Positions 26,326 to 36,559 of a DNA stretch of 64,000 bases are shown here, in pieces. The translations under genes were made by a program, and so were the position numbers. The DNA comes from Acinetobacter sp. GTDB lineage: Bacteria; Pseudomonadota; Gammaproteobacteria; Pseudomonadales; Moraxellaceae. The stretch lies in NCBI RefSeq assembly GCF_045628685.1, contig NZ_JAZQPV010000117.1:9312-73311 (forward strand), written 5' to 3'. Each line of letters starts with the position of its first letter. Positions within the stretch are counted from its first letter, which is position 1. The notes below the pieces were generated by a model, which saw nothing but the letters and a program-made list of their open reading frames with translations, had not been told where the DNA came from and did not search any database.

Positions 26326-27879
26326 TTACATCATCCATTCAATCGGGAAATAAGACACTACTTTCATGGCAAATCTTTGGAATTTTGTGCTTTCAGGGTC
26401 ATGGATATATTCAATGATAGATCCATCTTTCTGATGATCGAGCCAGATTACTTCCCCTTGTGGATTAAGCTTTAGCTGATAAGCAATTTGCGGTAAGTAT
26501 TGATTAAGTGATGTTGAAATTTGGTTTTGAAGGATCGGGGATTCAATCACCAATCCTAATTCAGTATTTAAATTGGCTGAACGCGGGTCGAAGTTAAACG
26601 AACCAATAAATACCATGCCGTCACTATCAAAAAACTTGGCATGCAAGCGGGAAGCATTTTTATTTTTGGCAGGAATTACATTGCCTGTTACCACTTCATA
26701 CCATGTACGCTTATTGCGCTCAATATAGGGCTTAAACTCATACAGTTTGACCCCGCTTTGCAATAAATCATGACGATATTTTTTATAAAATGCATGCACG
26801 AGAGGGACGTCATTGGCCATAAACGAATTAGTCAGCACTCGAACTTGAACATTATTTTTCACCAGTTGGGCTAAATAATCTGTACCTGGACGGGTCGGCA
26901 CAAAATAGGCAGAAACCAGTTCAAGATGGTGTTTCGGTTCACCCATAATCAGTGACATCTGATGATACATCAGTTGATCACCTGATGCCTTTCCACGAAC
27001 TTTATCCGGCGAGTCTGCAACAAAATGTGCTTTAGCCCAATTGATGGAACGGTCTTTCAAGTGTTGATTGATTTGTTTTTCGGCCAATTCAATCCGCCTT
27101 TTTAGCTGATCTTTTTGTAAAGCCGTCAGTTCGTAATATTTGCGCAATTTGGCAAGTTGGTCTTGAGTGGCATTGCCCAGCAGTTGCGGAACTGAATAGC
27201 TTAAATCATCATTCCAGAAGTCCTGAAAGACTTGATTGGCCTGATCGACTACATTTCCATAGAACAAAATATCCAGATCGCTAAACTGAAAATTTTCGCC
27301 AGCATCAAAGTATTCACGGCTGATGTTGCGTCCCCCCGTGACCGCTATCGCGCCATCTGCAATAATCAGCTTGTTATGCATACGATGGTTAATGGTCTTG
27401 AAGCGGAATACGTAATCCATTACACGTAGCTTTCTAAATCTATAAGGATTAAAGAGCCTGATTTCAAAATTTGGATGTTTTGCCAGATGTTTTAAGGTGA
27501 AATCCAGTTTGGTTCCGTTCTGGTCATCAATGAGTAACCGAACCTTGACTCCACGATCTGCGGCTTTTAACAGCTCTGCTAGCATCAGGTGTCCAATAGA
27601 ATCGTCTTCCCAGATGTAATACTGTAAATCGAGATTGTATTGCGCTGTATTAATTAGATAAAGTCTTGAGGCAATGCTGATAAAGGCATCATCCAGAGTT
27701 AAATAAGCTGTTAGGCCTTGAGCCCTTTGTGTATGGGTATTGGAACCGTTTAACCAGTGCTCAGCATGAACTTGAATAGGAGATTGCTTTTTTGATTCAT
27801 TCATCGACAAACTACATCCTGTCAAGGTGATGACTGCAAATGAAAGTAAGACAGCTTGAGTAGAGTGTCTGATTTGCAT
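26326..27879 (-). CDS. Phospholipase D / cardiolipin synthase-like family lipoprotein
   Basis: Two HKD motifs (HNKLIIADG, LHAKFFDSDG) and a signal peptide with lipobox LTGCS. Confidence 0.9.
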   Translation of the reverse strand: MQIRHSTQAVLLSFAVITLTGCSLSMNESKKQSPIQVHAEHWLNGSNTHTQRAQGLTAYLTLDDAFISIASRLYLINTAQYNLDLQYYIWEDDSIGHLMLAELLKAADRGVKVRLLIDDQNGTKLDFTLKHLAKHPNFEIRLFNPYRFRKLRVMDYVFRFKTINHRMHNKLIIADGAIAVTGGRNISREYFDAGENFQFSDLDILFYGNVVDQANQVFQDFWNDDLSYSVPQLLGNATQDQLAKLRKYYELTALQKDQLKRRIELAEKQINQHLKDRSINWAKAHFVADSPDKVRGKASGDQLMYHQMSLIMGEPKHHLELVSAYFVPTRPGTDYLAQLVKNNVQVRVLTNSFMANDVPLVHAFYKKYRHDLLQSGVKLYEFKPYIERNKRTWYEVVTGNVIPAKNKNASRLHAKFFDSDGMVFIGSFNFDPRSANLNTELGLVIESPILQNQISTSLNQYLPQIAYQLKLNPQGEVIWLDHQKDGSIIEYIHDPESTKFQRFAMKVVSYFPIEWMM

Positions 27880-27928
27880 AATTATTATGAAGTCATAAAG
27901 TTATACGTACATATTATCATCATGTTAA

Positions 27929-29116
<1,188 letters not shown>

Positions 29117-29128
29117 TCTTCTGCAAAA

Positions 29129-29158
29129 TAAAAAAACGGGCATATCGCCCGTTTTTTA
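29129..29158. terminator. Bidirectional intrinsic terminator
   Basis: Stem cgggc/gcccg flanked by an A-run and a T-run, between convergent genes. Confidence 0.8.
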
Positions 29159-29169
29159 TATCAGCGTGT

Positions 29170-30375
29170 TTAAGCAGTTGCTTTAATGACTTCTGCAATA
29201 GACTCCGCGACATAATCAATATTGCTTAAATTTAAGCCCGCAGCACACATACGACCACTACGAACGAGATAGATAGCGTATTGATCTTTTAAGATATCAA
29301 CCTGTTCAGCCGTTAAACCGGTATAGCTAAACATACCTTGCTGTTTGACCAGATAACTAAAGTCACGTTCAGGTAGAGCTTGGCTTAATTTTTCATTCAA
29401 CATTTGACGCATTTTAATAATACGTTCGCGCATTTCAGTCAGTTCAGCTTGCCATTGTGCAGTCAAATCAGCATCATTCAGCACATTATCCACCAACAAG
29501 GCTCCAGTCGTTGCCGGGCTTGAGTAAATACGGCGTACAGTGGCTTTTAATTGACCCAATACTTTTTGAGCAGTGGCTTGATCATCACATACAAATGTTA
29601 AGCCACCGATACGCTCTCCATAGAGCGAGAAAATTTTAGAAAATGAATTGCTGACAATAAAATTCATTCCTACCTCGTCTAAGGCACGAATGGCATAGGT
29701 ATCTTGTTCTAAACCTTGACCAAATCCTTGATAAGCAATGTCTAAAAATGGAATCAGATCCTGTTTTTGCAAGACTTCAATCACTTGATCCCATTCAGCC
29801 GTTGTTAAATCGGCACCTGTCGGGTTATGGCAACAAGGGTGTAATAGCACAATACTTTTTGCCGGTAGCTGGCTCAATTTTTCAAGCATCGCGAGCACAT
29901 TGACGCCATTGGTTGCTGCATCAAAATAAGGATAGAAATGCGTGTGAATACCAGCACCATTAAAGATAGCAATGTGATTTTCCCAAGTCGGTTGGCTGAC
30001 CCAAACATCAGATTCAGGAAAATATTTTTTAAGAAAATCTGCACCGACTTTTAGTGCACCTGAACCGCCCAAAGTTTGAATGGTCACAGCACGTCCATCA
30101 CGACATGCCTGGCTTTCTTGTCCCAAAACGAGAGCTTGAGTGGCTTGGTTATAAGACTTCAAACCATCCATCGGTAAATAGAGCTTGACCTGATCATTGC
30201 TCGCTTCAATATTTTTATAAGCCGCTTTAACGGCATTGAGTTGAGGAACAATATTGTCTTCATTGTAGTACAAGCCAATACTTAGATTAACTTTATGAGA
30301 GCGTTGGTCTTTTCCAAACTCTTCCATCAGAGAAAGAATCGGATCTCCTGCATAAGTATCAACATGTTGAAACAT
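29170..30375 (-). CDS. Aromatic-amino-acid/aspartate aminotransferase (AspC/TyrB family)
   Basis: 401 aa from [14 protein letters not shown]; [19 protein letters not shown]-lysine motif. Confidence 0.9.
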   Translation of the reverse strand: MFQHVDTYAGDPILSLMEEFGKDQRSHKVNLSIGLYYNEDNIVPQLNAVKAAYKNIEASNDQVKLYLPMDGLKSYNQATQALVLGQESQACRDGRAVTIQTLGGSGALKVGADFLKKYFPESDVWVSQPTWENHIAIFNGAGIHTHFYPYFDAATNGVNVLAMLEKLSQLPAKSIVLLHPCCHNPTGADLTTAEWDQVIEVLQKQDLIPFLDIAYQGFGQGLEQDTYAIRALDEVGMNFIVSNSFSKIFSLYGERIGGLTFVCDDQATAQKVLGQLKATVRRIYSSPATTGALLVDNVLNDADLTAQWQAELTEMRERIIKMRQMLNEKLSQALPERDFSYLVKQQGMFSYTGLTAEQVDILKDQYAIYLVRSGRMCAAGLNLSNIDYVAESIAEVIKATA

Positions 30376-30407
30376 GAATACATCCTTCGTTATATGTAGT
30401 AAACAAA

Positions 30408-31320
30408 TCAAGCCTTCTGAACAAATCGCATTTTATCTTTTAATGCCAATTGAGGGTCGGTTATTTTTTTATTTTTAAAATAATAGGCAATCGACAGAAA
30501 GCTAATCCAGATAGGAATCGTCATCACAGCACTGCGCATATCTGGAGTTTGGCTCATAATCAGAAAAATGCCGCACATAAAGATAATGTAGATATAATTT
30601 GTAAAAGGATAGGCAATACTTGGAAATTGCGTCGATGCATTTATCGCGATCTTATGTTTCTTAAATTTCAGATGCGTATATAAAATGATCACCAAGTTAA
30701 TCACAATTGCTGCAATCATCAGGCTAAACGCTTTTTAAAGCTTAAAACCGTCGCGACGGTTTGACTGCCTAGCAAGTCAAAGATCAGCACAAAAGGACTC
30801 CATTTGATTCCATGGATAAAGCGACAAAATAATCACCAGACTTAATATATAAAATAACAGGACCCGATACACAATCTGGTTGATGGCTTTAGGTGAGGTT
30901 TTTTGCGGATTATCCGTTTCTGTAGCGGCAATGCCGACCAATTCAATGTTACCAAAAGCAAATATAATCATCACCATTGCCATGACCAATCCCATAACAC
31001 CATTCAGGAAGAAGCCGCCTAATTCCCATAAATTTTGCAGACTCGATTGTATGTCACCACTTCCAGTTGCGAGTAAATAACTGCTAAAAGCAATCATGGC
31101 CAGTACTTTAATAATGGCGAGCCAAAACTCCATTTCACCAAATAATTTAACGTGTAAAAGATTAATCATATTGATGAAAATAAAGAATCCCAGTGCAGAA
31201 ACCTAAGTCGGAATTCCCGGCCACCAGTAATGAATATAAAGACTAATCGCGCTGAGTTTCGCCATACAGACCAGAATATTCAAAACCCAGTAATTCCATC
31301 CAGATATCCGTAATTGTTTT
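30408..31320 (-). pseudogene. aroP: Decayed aromatic amino-acid permease (APC family, AroP-like)
   Basis: Fragments align to AroP as I recall it (SGWNYWVLNILV...WWPGIPT*VSALGFF...FGEMEFWLAIIKV...; SPFVLIF in a shifted frame; C-terminal MIAAIVINLV...HLKFKK). The lesions are 5' truncation, in-frame TAG at 31203-31205, a frameshift near 30790 and an internal deletion near 30740. Confidence 0.8.
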
Positions 31321-31599
31321 TTTGTAACTGAGATTTTTTAAACATCAACCTGCGAAAACAAAAACTAATTTTATTTTATTTATTAATATTTTAAATCATT
31401 CGTTTTGAGAGAAGAGATGAAAATTATTAAATCAAAATTAACCTTGGTACATAATTGAAGCTAAATGATTAAGGCATCAATCTGTTATAAGGCGTTCTCG
31501 TCTACATATAAAAGTATAAAGCTCAATCTTCTAATATTTTTTAAACAATATATAAGTAAAAGTTGACTGATTTATGTATTTTTATTTTGTATAAAACGC

Positions 31600-31628
31600 T
31601 TGTCAAATGTATGAATACAGCGTATTTT
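31600..31628 (+). promoter_or_regulatory. Candidate sigma70 promoter for the aromatic leader/DAHP synthase transcript
   Basis: TTGTCA, 17-nt spacer, TATTTT; the spacer contains the palindrome TGTAtgaaTACA (31608-31619). Confidence 0.3.
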
Positions 31629-31663
31629 AATTTTAAGACACATACTTTTTTGAAGAAATAAAG

Positions 31664-31720
31664 ATGTTAAAGCAACCAGTCATCTCAAACGTACGTTATT
31701 ATTTTTGGCAATTTAGATAG
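31664..31720 (+). CDS. Leader peptide 1, aromatic-codon rich (MLKQPVISNVRYYFWQFR)
   Basis: 18 codons with the run Tyr-Tyr-Phe-Trp-Gln-Phe just before the stop, followed directly by alternative helices and a terminator. Weak Shine-Dalgarno. Confidence 0.6.
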   Translation: MLKQPVISNVRYYFWQFR

Positions 31721-31767
31721 TTGCCTGAACGCGTTCGGGCAAGAAATGGTTGCCCACCAAGTTTTAT

Positions 31768-31799
31768 AACCTGATCGGCAACCCTGATCAGGTTTTTTT
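31768..31799 (+). terminator. Attenuator terminator upstream of the DAHP synthase gene
   Basis: Stem aacctgatc/gatcaggtt (core 31770-31776 with 31786-31792), 9-nt loop, seven T residues 31793-31799. Confidence 0.75.
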
Positions 31800-31834
31800 A
31801 TACTTTATTTTTTATACATTTTTGGAGTTACTTC

Positions 31835-31939
31835 ATGAAAACATTAAATTACTCATATTTTAGCAACTCTTATTGGTTTTATTTTAGTCAAGTAATGACT
31901 TTTGCCTCGCAATCCATTAGACCCATAACGCTCAAATAA
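31835..31939 (+). CDS. Leader/upstream ORF 2, aromatic-codon rich (MKTLNYSYFSNSYWFYFSQVMTFASQSIRPITLK)
   Basis: 34 codons; GGAG 7 nt upstream of the ATG; 8 aromatic residues within positions 6-17; stop 35 nt before the DAHP synthase ATG. Confidence 0.55.
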   Translation: MKTLNYSYFSNSYWFYFSQVMTFASQSIRPITLK

Positions 31940-31974
31940 AAGATTGGACTGAAAAAAGTCCTCAGGAAAGACCA

Positions 31975-33036
31975 ATGAATGCTTTAAATAATGCTTTACA
32001 ACAAATGCAAACGACTGTAAACGAAACCATTTTAAGTTTGCCTCATCAATTGAAGGCACAATTGCCTTTATCAGCAAAATTAGCTCAACAAATTGCCGAG
32101 CAGCGTCAAACCATTCAAAACATTTTAGATGGCAAAGATCATCGTTTGATGGTGATAACAGGTCCATGTTCAATTCACGATCCTATCTCTGCACTTGAAT
32201 ATGCTGAAAAATTAAAACAATTACAATGCCAAGTCGCTGATCAAATTTTTCTGGTGATGCGAGCATATATCGAAAAACCACGTACCACCATTGGCTGGAA
32301 AGGTTTTCTGTATGACCCAAATTTAGATGGTTCATCAAATATGCAATTGGGCTTAGAAAAATCACGCGAGTTATATTTACAAATTATAGAAATGGGGTTG
32401 CCCATTGCCTCGGAAATTTTAAGCCCGATGGCGACTGCATATTTCGATGATTTACTGACTTGGGGCGCAATTGGTGCACGTACCAGTGAATCGCAAATTC
32501 ACCGTGAAATTTCAAGCCATATGCCGTACAGCATTGGGTTCAAAAATGGCACAGATGGCTCTATTCAAATTGCACTTGATGCTATTCAATCGGCTACACA
32601 TCCACATCAATTTTTAGGCATGAGTCAGTCAGGCTTACCATGTATTTTAGAATCTAAGGGCAATCGCAAAGCACATTTGATTTTACGCGGTGCAAATTCG
32701 GGGCCTAACTACGCATTGGCTGAAATTGAGAAAATTAAAGAAAAAGCCAAGGATGAATTGCCGGCTTTAGTGATTGACTGTAGCCATGGTAACAGCCACA
32801 AAAACCCATTATTACAACCCGAAGTTTTGCGTACCATTGTGGATGAACGCACACAAACCCATGTTCGTGGCGTGATGTTAGAAAGCCATCTGGTCGATGG
32901 TCAGCAAAAGATTTCTTGTGAAATGACCTATGGTCAATCTATAACAGATGGTTGTTTAGGTTGGGATAAAACACAACAAATTTTACTGGAGGTTACCAAT
33001 TCTCTACGCGTTGCTCAATTAAAGCGTAGTGCTTAA
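31975..33036 (+). CDS. 3-deoxy-7-phosphoheptulonate (DAHP) synthase, class I (AroF/G/H type; isozyme not assignable by eye)
   Basis: 353 aa with GPCSIHD, KPRT and IDCSHGNS motifs. Confidence 0.95.
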   Translation: MNALNNALQQMQTTVNETILSLPHQLKAQLPLSAKLAQQIAEQRQTIQNILDGKDHRLMVITGPCSIHDPISALEYAEKLKQLQCQVADQIFLVMRAYIEKPRTTIGWKGFLYDPNLDGSSNMQLGLEKSRELYLQIIEMGLPIASEILSPMATAYFDDLLTWGAIGARTSESQIHREISSHMPYSIGFKNGTDGSIQIALDAIQSATHPHQFLGMSQSGLPCILESKGNRKAHLILRGANSGPNYALAEIEKIKEKAKDELPALVIDCSHGNSHKNPLLQPEVLRTIVDERTQTHVRGVMLESHLVDGQQKISCEMTYGQSITDGCLGWDKTQQILLEVTNSLRVAQLKRSA

Positions 33037-33060
33037 TATTTCAAAAAGCACGATTATTTA

Positions 33061-33093
33061 ATGATGCAGCCCTGTTGATCTGGGCTGCATCAT
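33061..33093 (+). terminator. Strong hairpin after the DAHP synthase gene (no clear T-tract)
   Basis: 12-bp perfect stem atgatgcagccc/gggctgcatcat with a 9-nt loop. Confidence 0.5.
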
Positions 33094-33323
33094 TGCGCAT
33101 AAGCACATTTGTGTTATCTGTTTAAATTTAAAACAATAATTTATTGATGCTCTATACATTTTTTATAAATTGTTTTAACTAAGTGGGATTAACAAATTTG
33201 AGTCATATGGTTTCCTTAGGCACAATAATAAAAAATACTGCCAAGTACTAAATAATTGTTTAATAAATACAATTTACTGTATTTGTTACTGGGTAGTGGA
33301 AATAATTTTAAACGGGGAAAAAT

Positions 33324-34520
33324 ATGTATAGTGCCGAATTAGTGGAAGAAGCGCGCAAAATAATATTTCATATGCTGACCAAAGTGGTGGAATATGGTGG
33401 CTCGGACTTATTTATTTCAGCGGATTTTCCGCCTAGCATTAAACATCAAGGTCTGATGAAACCCATTGGTCAACAAGTATTGACAGCAGATAAAACTAAA
33501 CTTTTTGCCCATAGCTTAATGAATGAAACACAGCGGCAGGAATTTGAAAAAGAACTTGAATGTAACTTTGCCATTAGCGTTCCCAACGTTTCGCGCTTTC
33601 GTATTAATGTGTTCCAACAGCAGCTACAAGTGGGTATGGTGATTCGTACCATTACCGCTGAAATTCCAAATTTTTCCAAGTTAAAGCTCCCTGAATCCCT
33701 CAAAGAGGTGATGATGGCAAAGCGGGGACTAGTGCTCGTGGTGGGTGCAACAGGTTCGGGTAAATCGACATCTTTAGCTGCCATGATTGATCATCGTAAT
33801 GAAAATTCAGCCGGGCATATTATTACGGTTGAAGATCCGGTTGAATATGTACATAAACATAAGAAATCTATGATTACTCATCGTGAAGTCGGTGTAGACA
33901 GTCACTCATGGCACAATGCCTTGAAAAATACCTTACGCCAAGCACCCGATGTGATTTTGATTGGTGAAATCCGTGATACTGAAACCATGGAACATGCGAT
34001 TGCTTTTGCGGAAACCGGGCATTTATGTTTGGGAACGCTGCATGCCAATAATGCCAATCAGGCGCTAGACCGGATCATTAACTTTTTCCCTGAAGAGCGG
34101 AAAAATCAGTTGTTGATGGATTTATCTTCCAACATGAAAGCGATTATTTCCCAGCGTTTGGTGCGTACTCAAGATGGTCGTGGACGTCGTGCTGCCATTG
34201 AAATTTTGCTCAATACCCCGCTGATTGGCGATAATATTCTCAAAGGTCAGCTTCATGAACTGAAAGAAATCATGAAGAAATCCCGTGAATTGGGCATGCA
34301 AACTTTCGATCAGGCATTATTTGATTTATACAATGAAGGGGCGATTGGTTATGAAGAAGCCTTGCGTAATGCGGATTCCATGAATGAATTACGTTTACAG
34401 ATCAAATTAAAAAGTTCGAGAGAAGATCAATCTGTGCCCGGTTCAGCCTCATCCTTTAGCATGGTGCAGGAAAACAAGCCAGACGAAGGTGAAACCAAGG
34501 CAGATCAGGAAGCTTCCTGA
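33324..34520 (+). CDS. PilT/PilU family type IV pilus retraction-type ATPase
   Basis: 398 aa; Walker A GATGSGKST, Asp/His box context, acidic low-complexity C-terminal tail. Confidence 0.85.
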   Translation: MYSAELVEEARKIIFHMLTKVVEYGGSDLFISADFPPSIKHQGLMKPIGQQVLTADKTKLFAHSLMNETQRQEFEKELECNFAISVPNVSRFRINVFQQQLQVGMVIRTITAEIPNFSKLKLPESLKEVMMAKRGLVLVVGATGSGKSTSLAAMIDHRNENSAGHIITVEDPVEYVHKHKKSMITHREVGVDSHSWHNALKNTLRQAPDVILIGEIRDTETMEHAIAFAETGHLCLGTLHANNANQALDRIINFFPEERKNQLLMDLSSNMKAIISQRLVRTQDGRGRRAAIEILLNTPLIGDNILKGQLHELKEIMKKSRELGMQTFDQALFDLYNEGAIGYEEALRNADSMNELRLQIKLKSSREDQSVPGSASSFSMVQENKPDEGETKADQEAS

Positions 34521-34556
34521 TTCTAAGAGTCTGATTTTTTATCTCATTGAGTAAAT

Positions 34557-34598
34557 AAATGGGCATGATCCAAATATTGGTGAATGCCCATTTTTTTC
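34557..34598. terminator. Bidirectional terminator between convergent genes
   Basis: Stem aaatgggcat/atgcccattt followed by a T-run. Confidence 0.7.
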
Positions 34599-34615
34599 TA
34601 AAGAATTATTTTTTT

Positions 34616-35794
34616 CTAGGCTTGAGCGGGACGATCTACAAATATCTTATAAAAAACCAGACTCAATGCCGTGATAAATGCACAGAGTAGATAGGCAAAG
34701 CTGTAACCCTGATGAGCAATCAGCACACCCAGCAAAATTGAACCTAGCGCAATACCAATGTCATAACAGGTAAAAAAGGTTGAGGTTGCATGTCCAATTC
34801 TGGCTTTCGGTGAACGCTGAATGGAAAGGGTTTGTAAGCATGGCTGTGCCGACCCAAAGCCCATACCGACAAATACCGCAGCAATCATCAAGCCCGTCAC
34901 GGTATTGATCTGACTTAAAATAATCAGTCCAAGGGAAAATAGCGCAATAGCAGGGTAAACCACATAGTTTGGCCCTTTACGATCATAGATTTTCCCGGTA
35001 ATCGGTCGCAAGCTCATCATTGAAATGGCAAAGACCACAAAGAATAAACTGGCATAGGCAAGCAAATTTTTTGATTCGGCAAATGTTGCAATGAACGACA
35101 TAATGCTGGCATAAGAAAAAGAGATAATCATGGCCATAATAGAAACAGGCACGGCTTTCTTTTCGACAAAATCCTGAATGGATAATTTACGCTGAATGGT
35201 CTCAACTTGGGTTTTTAGAGTCTCTTGAACTGGAATCAGAAAACAAAATGCAAAACCCAGACAGATAATACCGGCTAAAATTGCGGTTACTGTCTGATAA
35301 GAAAATTGCTGAATAAAGCTCAGACCAATTAAAGGGCCCAGCACAATCCCCAGGTTGACCGACATGACAAAATATCCCATGCCTTCACCTCTACGGTTTG
35401 CAGGAATAAATTCATTGGCAATCGGAACGGTAACCGTGGTTAAAATACTAAACCAGATCCCATGAAACAGGCGGATGATTAAAAGAAAAGTTAAATTATC
35501 GGCAAAAATATAGGCAAATGAAAAAAGACAGAACAAGGTCTCTGAAATATACAGCGCTTTTTTGCGTCCAATTTTCTCGATAATCAAACCACTAAAGGGC
35601 CGAACTGCAATTGAGGATGCCATAAATAGCGTCATGGCTAAACCTGCTTGCGCCAGGGTTCCATGTAACTCGTTTACAATATAAATAGGTAAAATTGTGG
35701 TTTGGGCAAAATAAAACACAAACAAGAACAGATTATTAGCTAGACATAAAATAAAGGACTTATTCCATAACTGTTGTGTATTTACAGGAGACAT
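34616..35794 (-). CDS. MFS transporter
   Basis: 392 aa, about 12 TM segments, similar in layout to the MFS protein at 9190-10395. Confidence 0.85.
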   Translation of the reverse strand: MSPVNTQQLWNKSFILCLANNLFLFVFYFAQTTILPIYIVNELHGTLAQAGLAMTLFMASSIAVRPFSGLIIEKIGRKKALYISETLFCLFSFAYIFADNLTFLLIIRLFHGIWFSILTTVTVPIANEFIPANRRGEGMGYFVMSVNLGIVLGPLIGLSFIQQFSYQTVTAILAGIICLGFAFCFLIPVQETLKTQVETIQRKLSIQDFVEKKAVPVSIMAMIISFSYASIMSFIATFAESKNLLAYASLFFVVFAISMMSLRPITGKIYDRKGPNYVVYPAIALFSLGLIILSQINTVTGLMIAAVFVGMGFGSAQPCLQTLSIQRSPKARIGHATSTFFTCYDIGIALGSILLGVLIAHQGYSFAYLLCAFITALSLVFYKIFVDRPAQA

Positions 35795-36113
35795 AATTGA
35801 CCTAGATTCGTAAGAAGTAGACGAGTCATCAGGCTTATCAATGCAATTATTTTTGTAAGTTAGGAAAATGCTTTTTTATAATGATTGAAGATAAGTCAGA
35901 ACATCGTTAGATTGTACGAATTTTAGATGATTGTTGCTGAAAAGTATAGATTTATTAATAATAAAAGGTCTCTATTGGTTTTATATTTTGGTTTTGTTTG
36001 GCGTTAATCTCATATTATGATTTTTAGAGATAATCTTTCTGTGTCTGACATTTATTGGCTTAAAATAAAAAAATCAGCCATAACGACTGATTTTTTTATG
36101 GATATAAACAGGA

Positions 36114-36488
36114 TTATAAGCCTGCTTCATATTCATTGCTTGAAAGTAACTTTTCGACATCCGCCATATTATTTGGCTTAATTTTATAAATCCAGCCCTT
36201 ACCATACGGGTCATCATTGACAAAGTCCGGATCATCTTCAAGATCTGGATTCACTTCAACCACTTCGCCTGAAACAGGTGCATGAATATCAGAAGCTGTT
36301 TTAACCGACTCTACCACACCGGCTTGTTCACCGGCATTGATTTGCTGACCGACTTCTGGCGCTTCCACATAGACCAAATCCCCTAAAGCATCCTGTGCAT
36401 GGTCGGAAATACCAGTAACGACCAGATCACCTTCAATTTTGACCCATTCGTGCGTACTGGCGTACTTTAATTCTGAAGGATGATTCAT
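36114..36488 (-). CDS. gcvH: Glycine cleavage system protein H
   Basis: 124 aa from [10 protein letters not shown]; lipoyl-lysine motif VESVKTASD; AAGGAG Shine-Dalgarno. Confidence 0.95.
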   Translation of the reverse strand: MNHPSELKYASTHEWVKIEGDLVVTGISDHAQDALGDLVYVEAPEVGQQINAGEQAGVVESVKTASDIHAPVSGEVVEVNPDLEDDPDFVNDDPYGKGWIYKIKPNNMADVEKLLSSNEYEAGL

Positions 36489-36559
36489 TGATGACTCCTT
36501 TAAAATATTCAAATCATTTTTGCCATGTTTTATACAGGTTTTTTGATCAAAACAAAAGT

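Noticed and set aside
31588-31620. TyrR-box-like sequences (TGTATA-N6-TTGTCA and the TGTAtgaaTACA palindrome) in the aromatic leader promoter
   Set aside because: They match only about 9 of 12 positions of TGTAAA-N6-TTTACA, or have the wrong spacing. In AT-rich DNA this is not distinguishable from chance. The palindrome is only mentioned as a note on the promoter feature.
31853-32173. 106-aa minus-strand ORF overlapping the DAHP synthase start and leader ORF 2
   Set aside because: It overlaps a confidently identified gene and leader on the plus strand, and has no Shine-Dalgarno or recognisable domain.
36489-36559. Possible glycine riboswitch upstream of gcvH
   Set aside because: Only about 70 nt separate gcvH from the preceding gene. 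That is too short for the tandem-aptamer glycine riboswitch, and no conserved aptamer motifs are visible.
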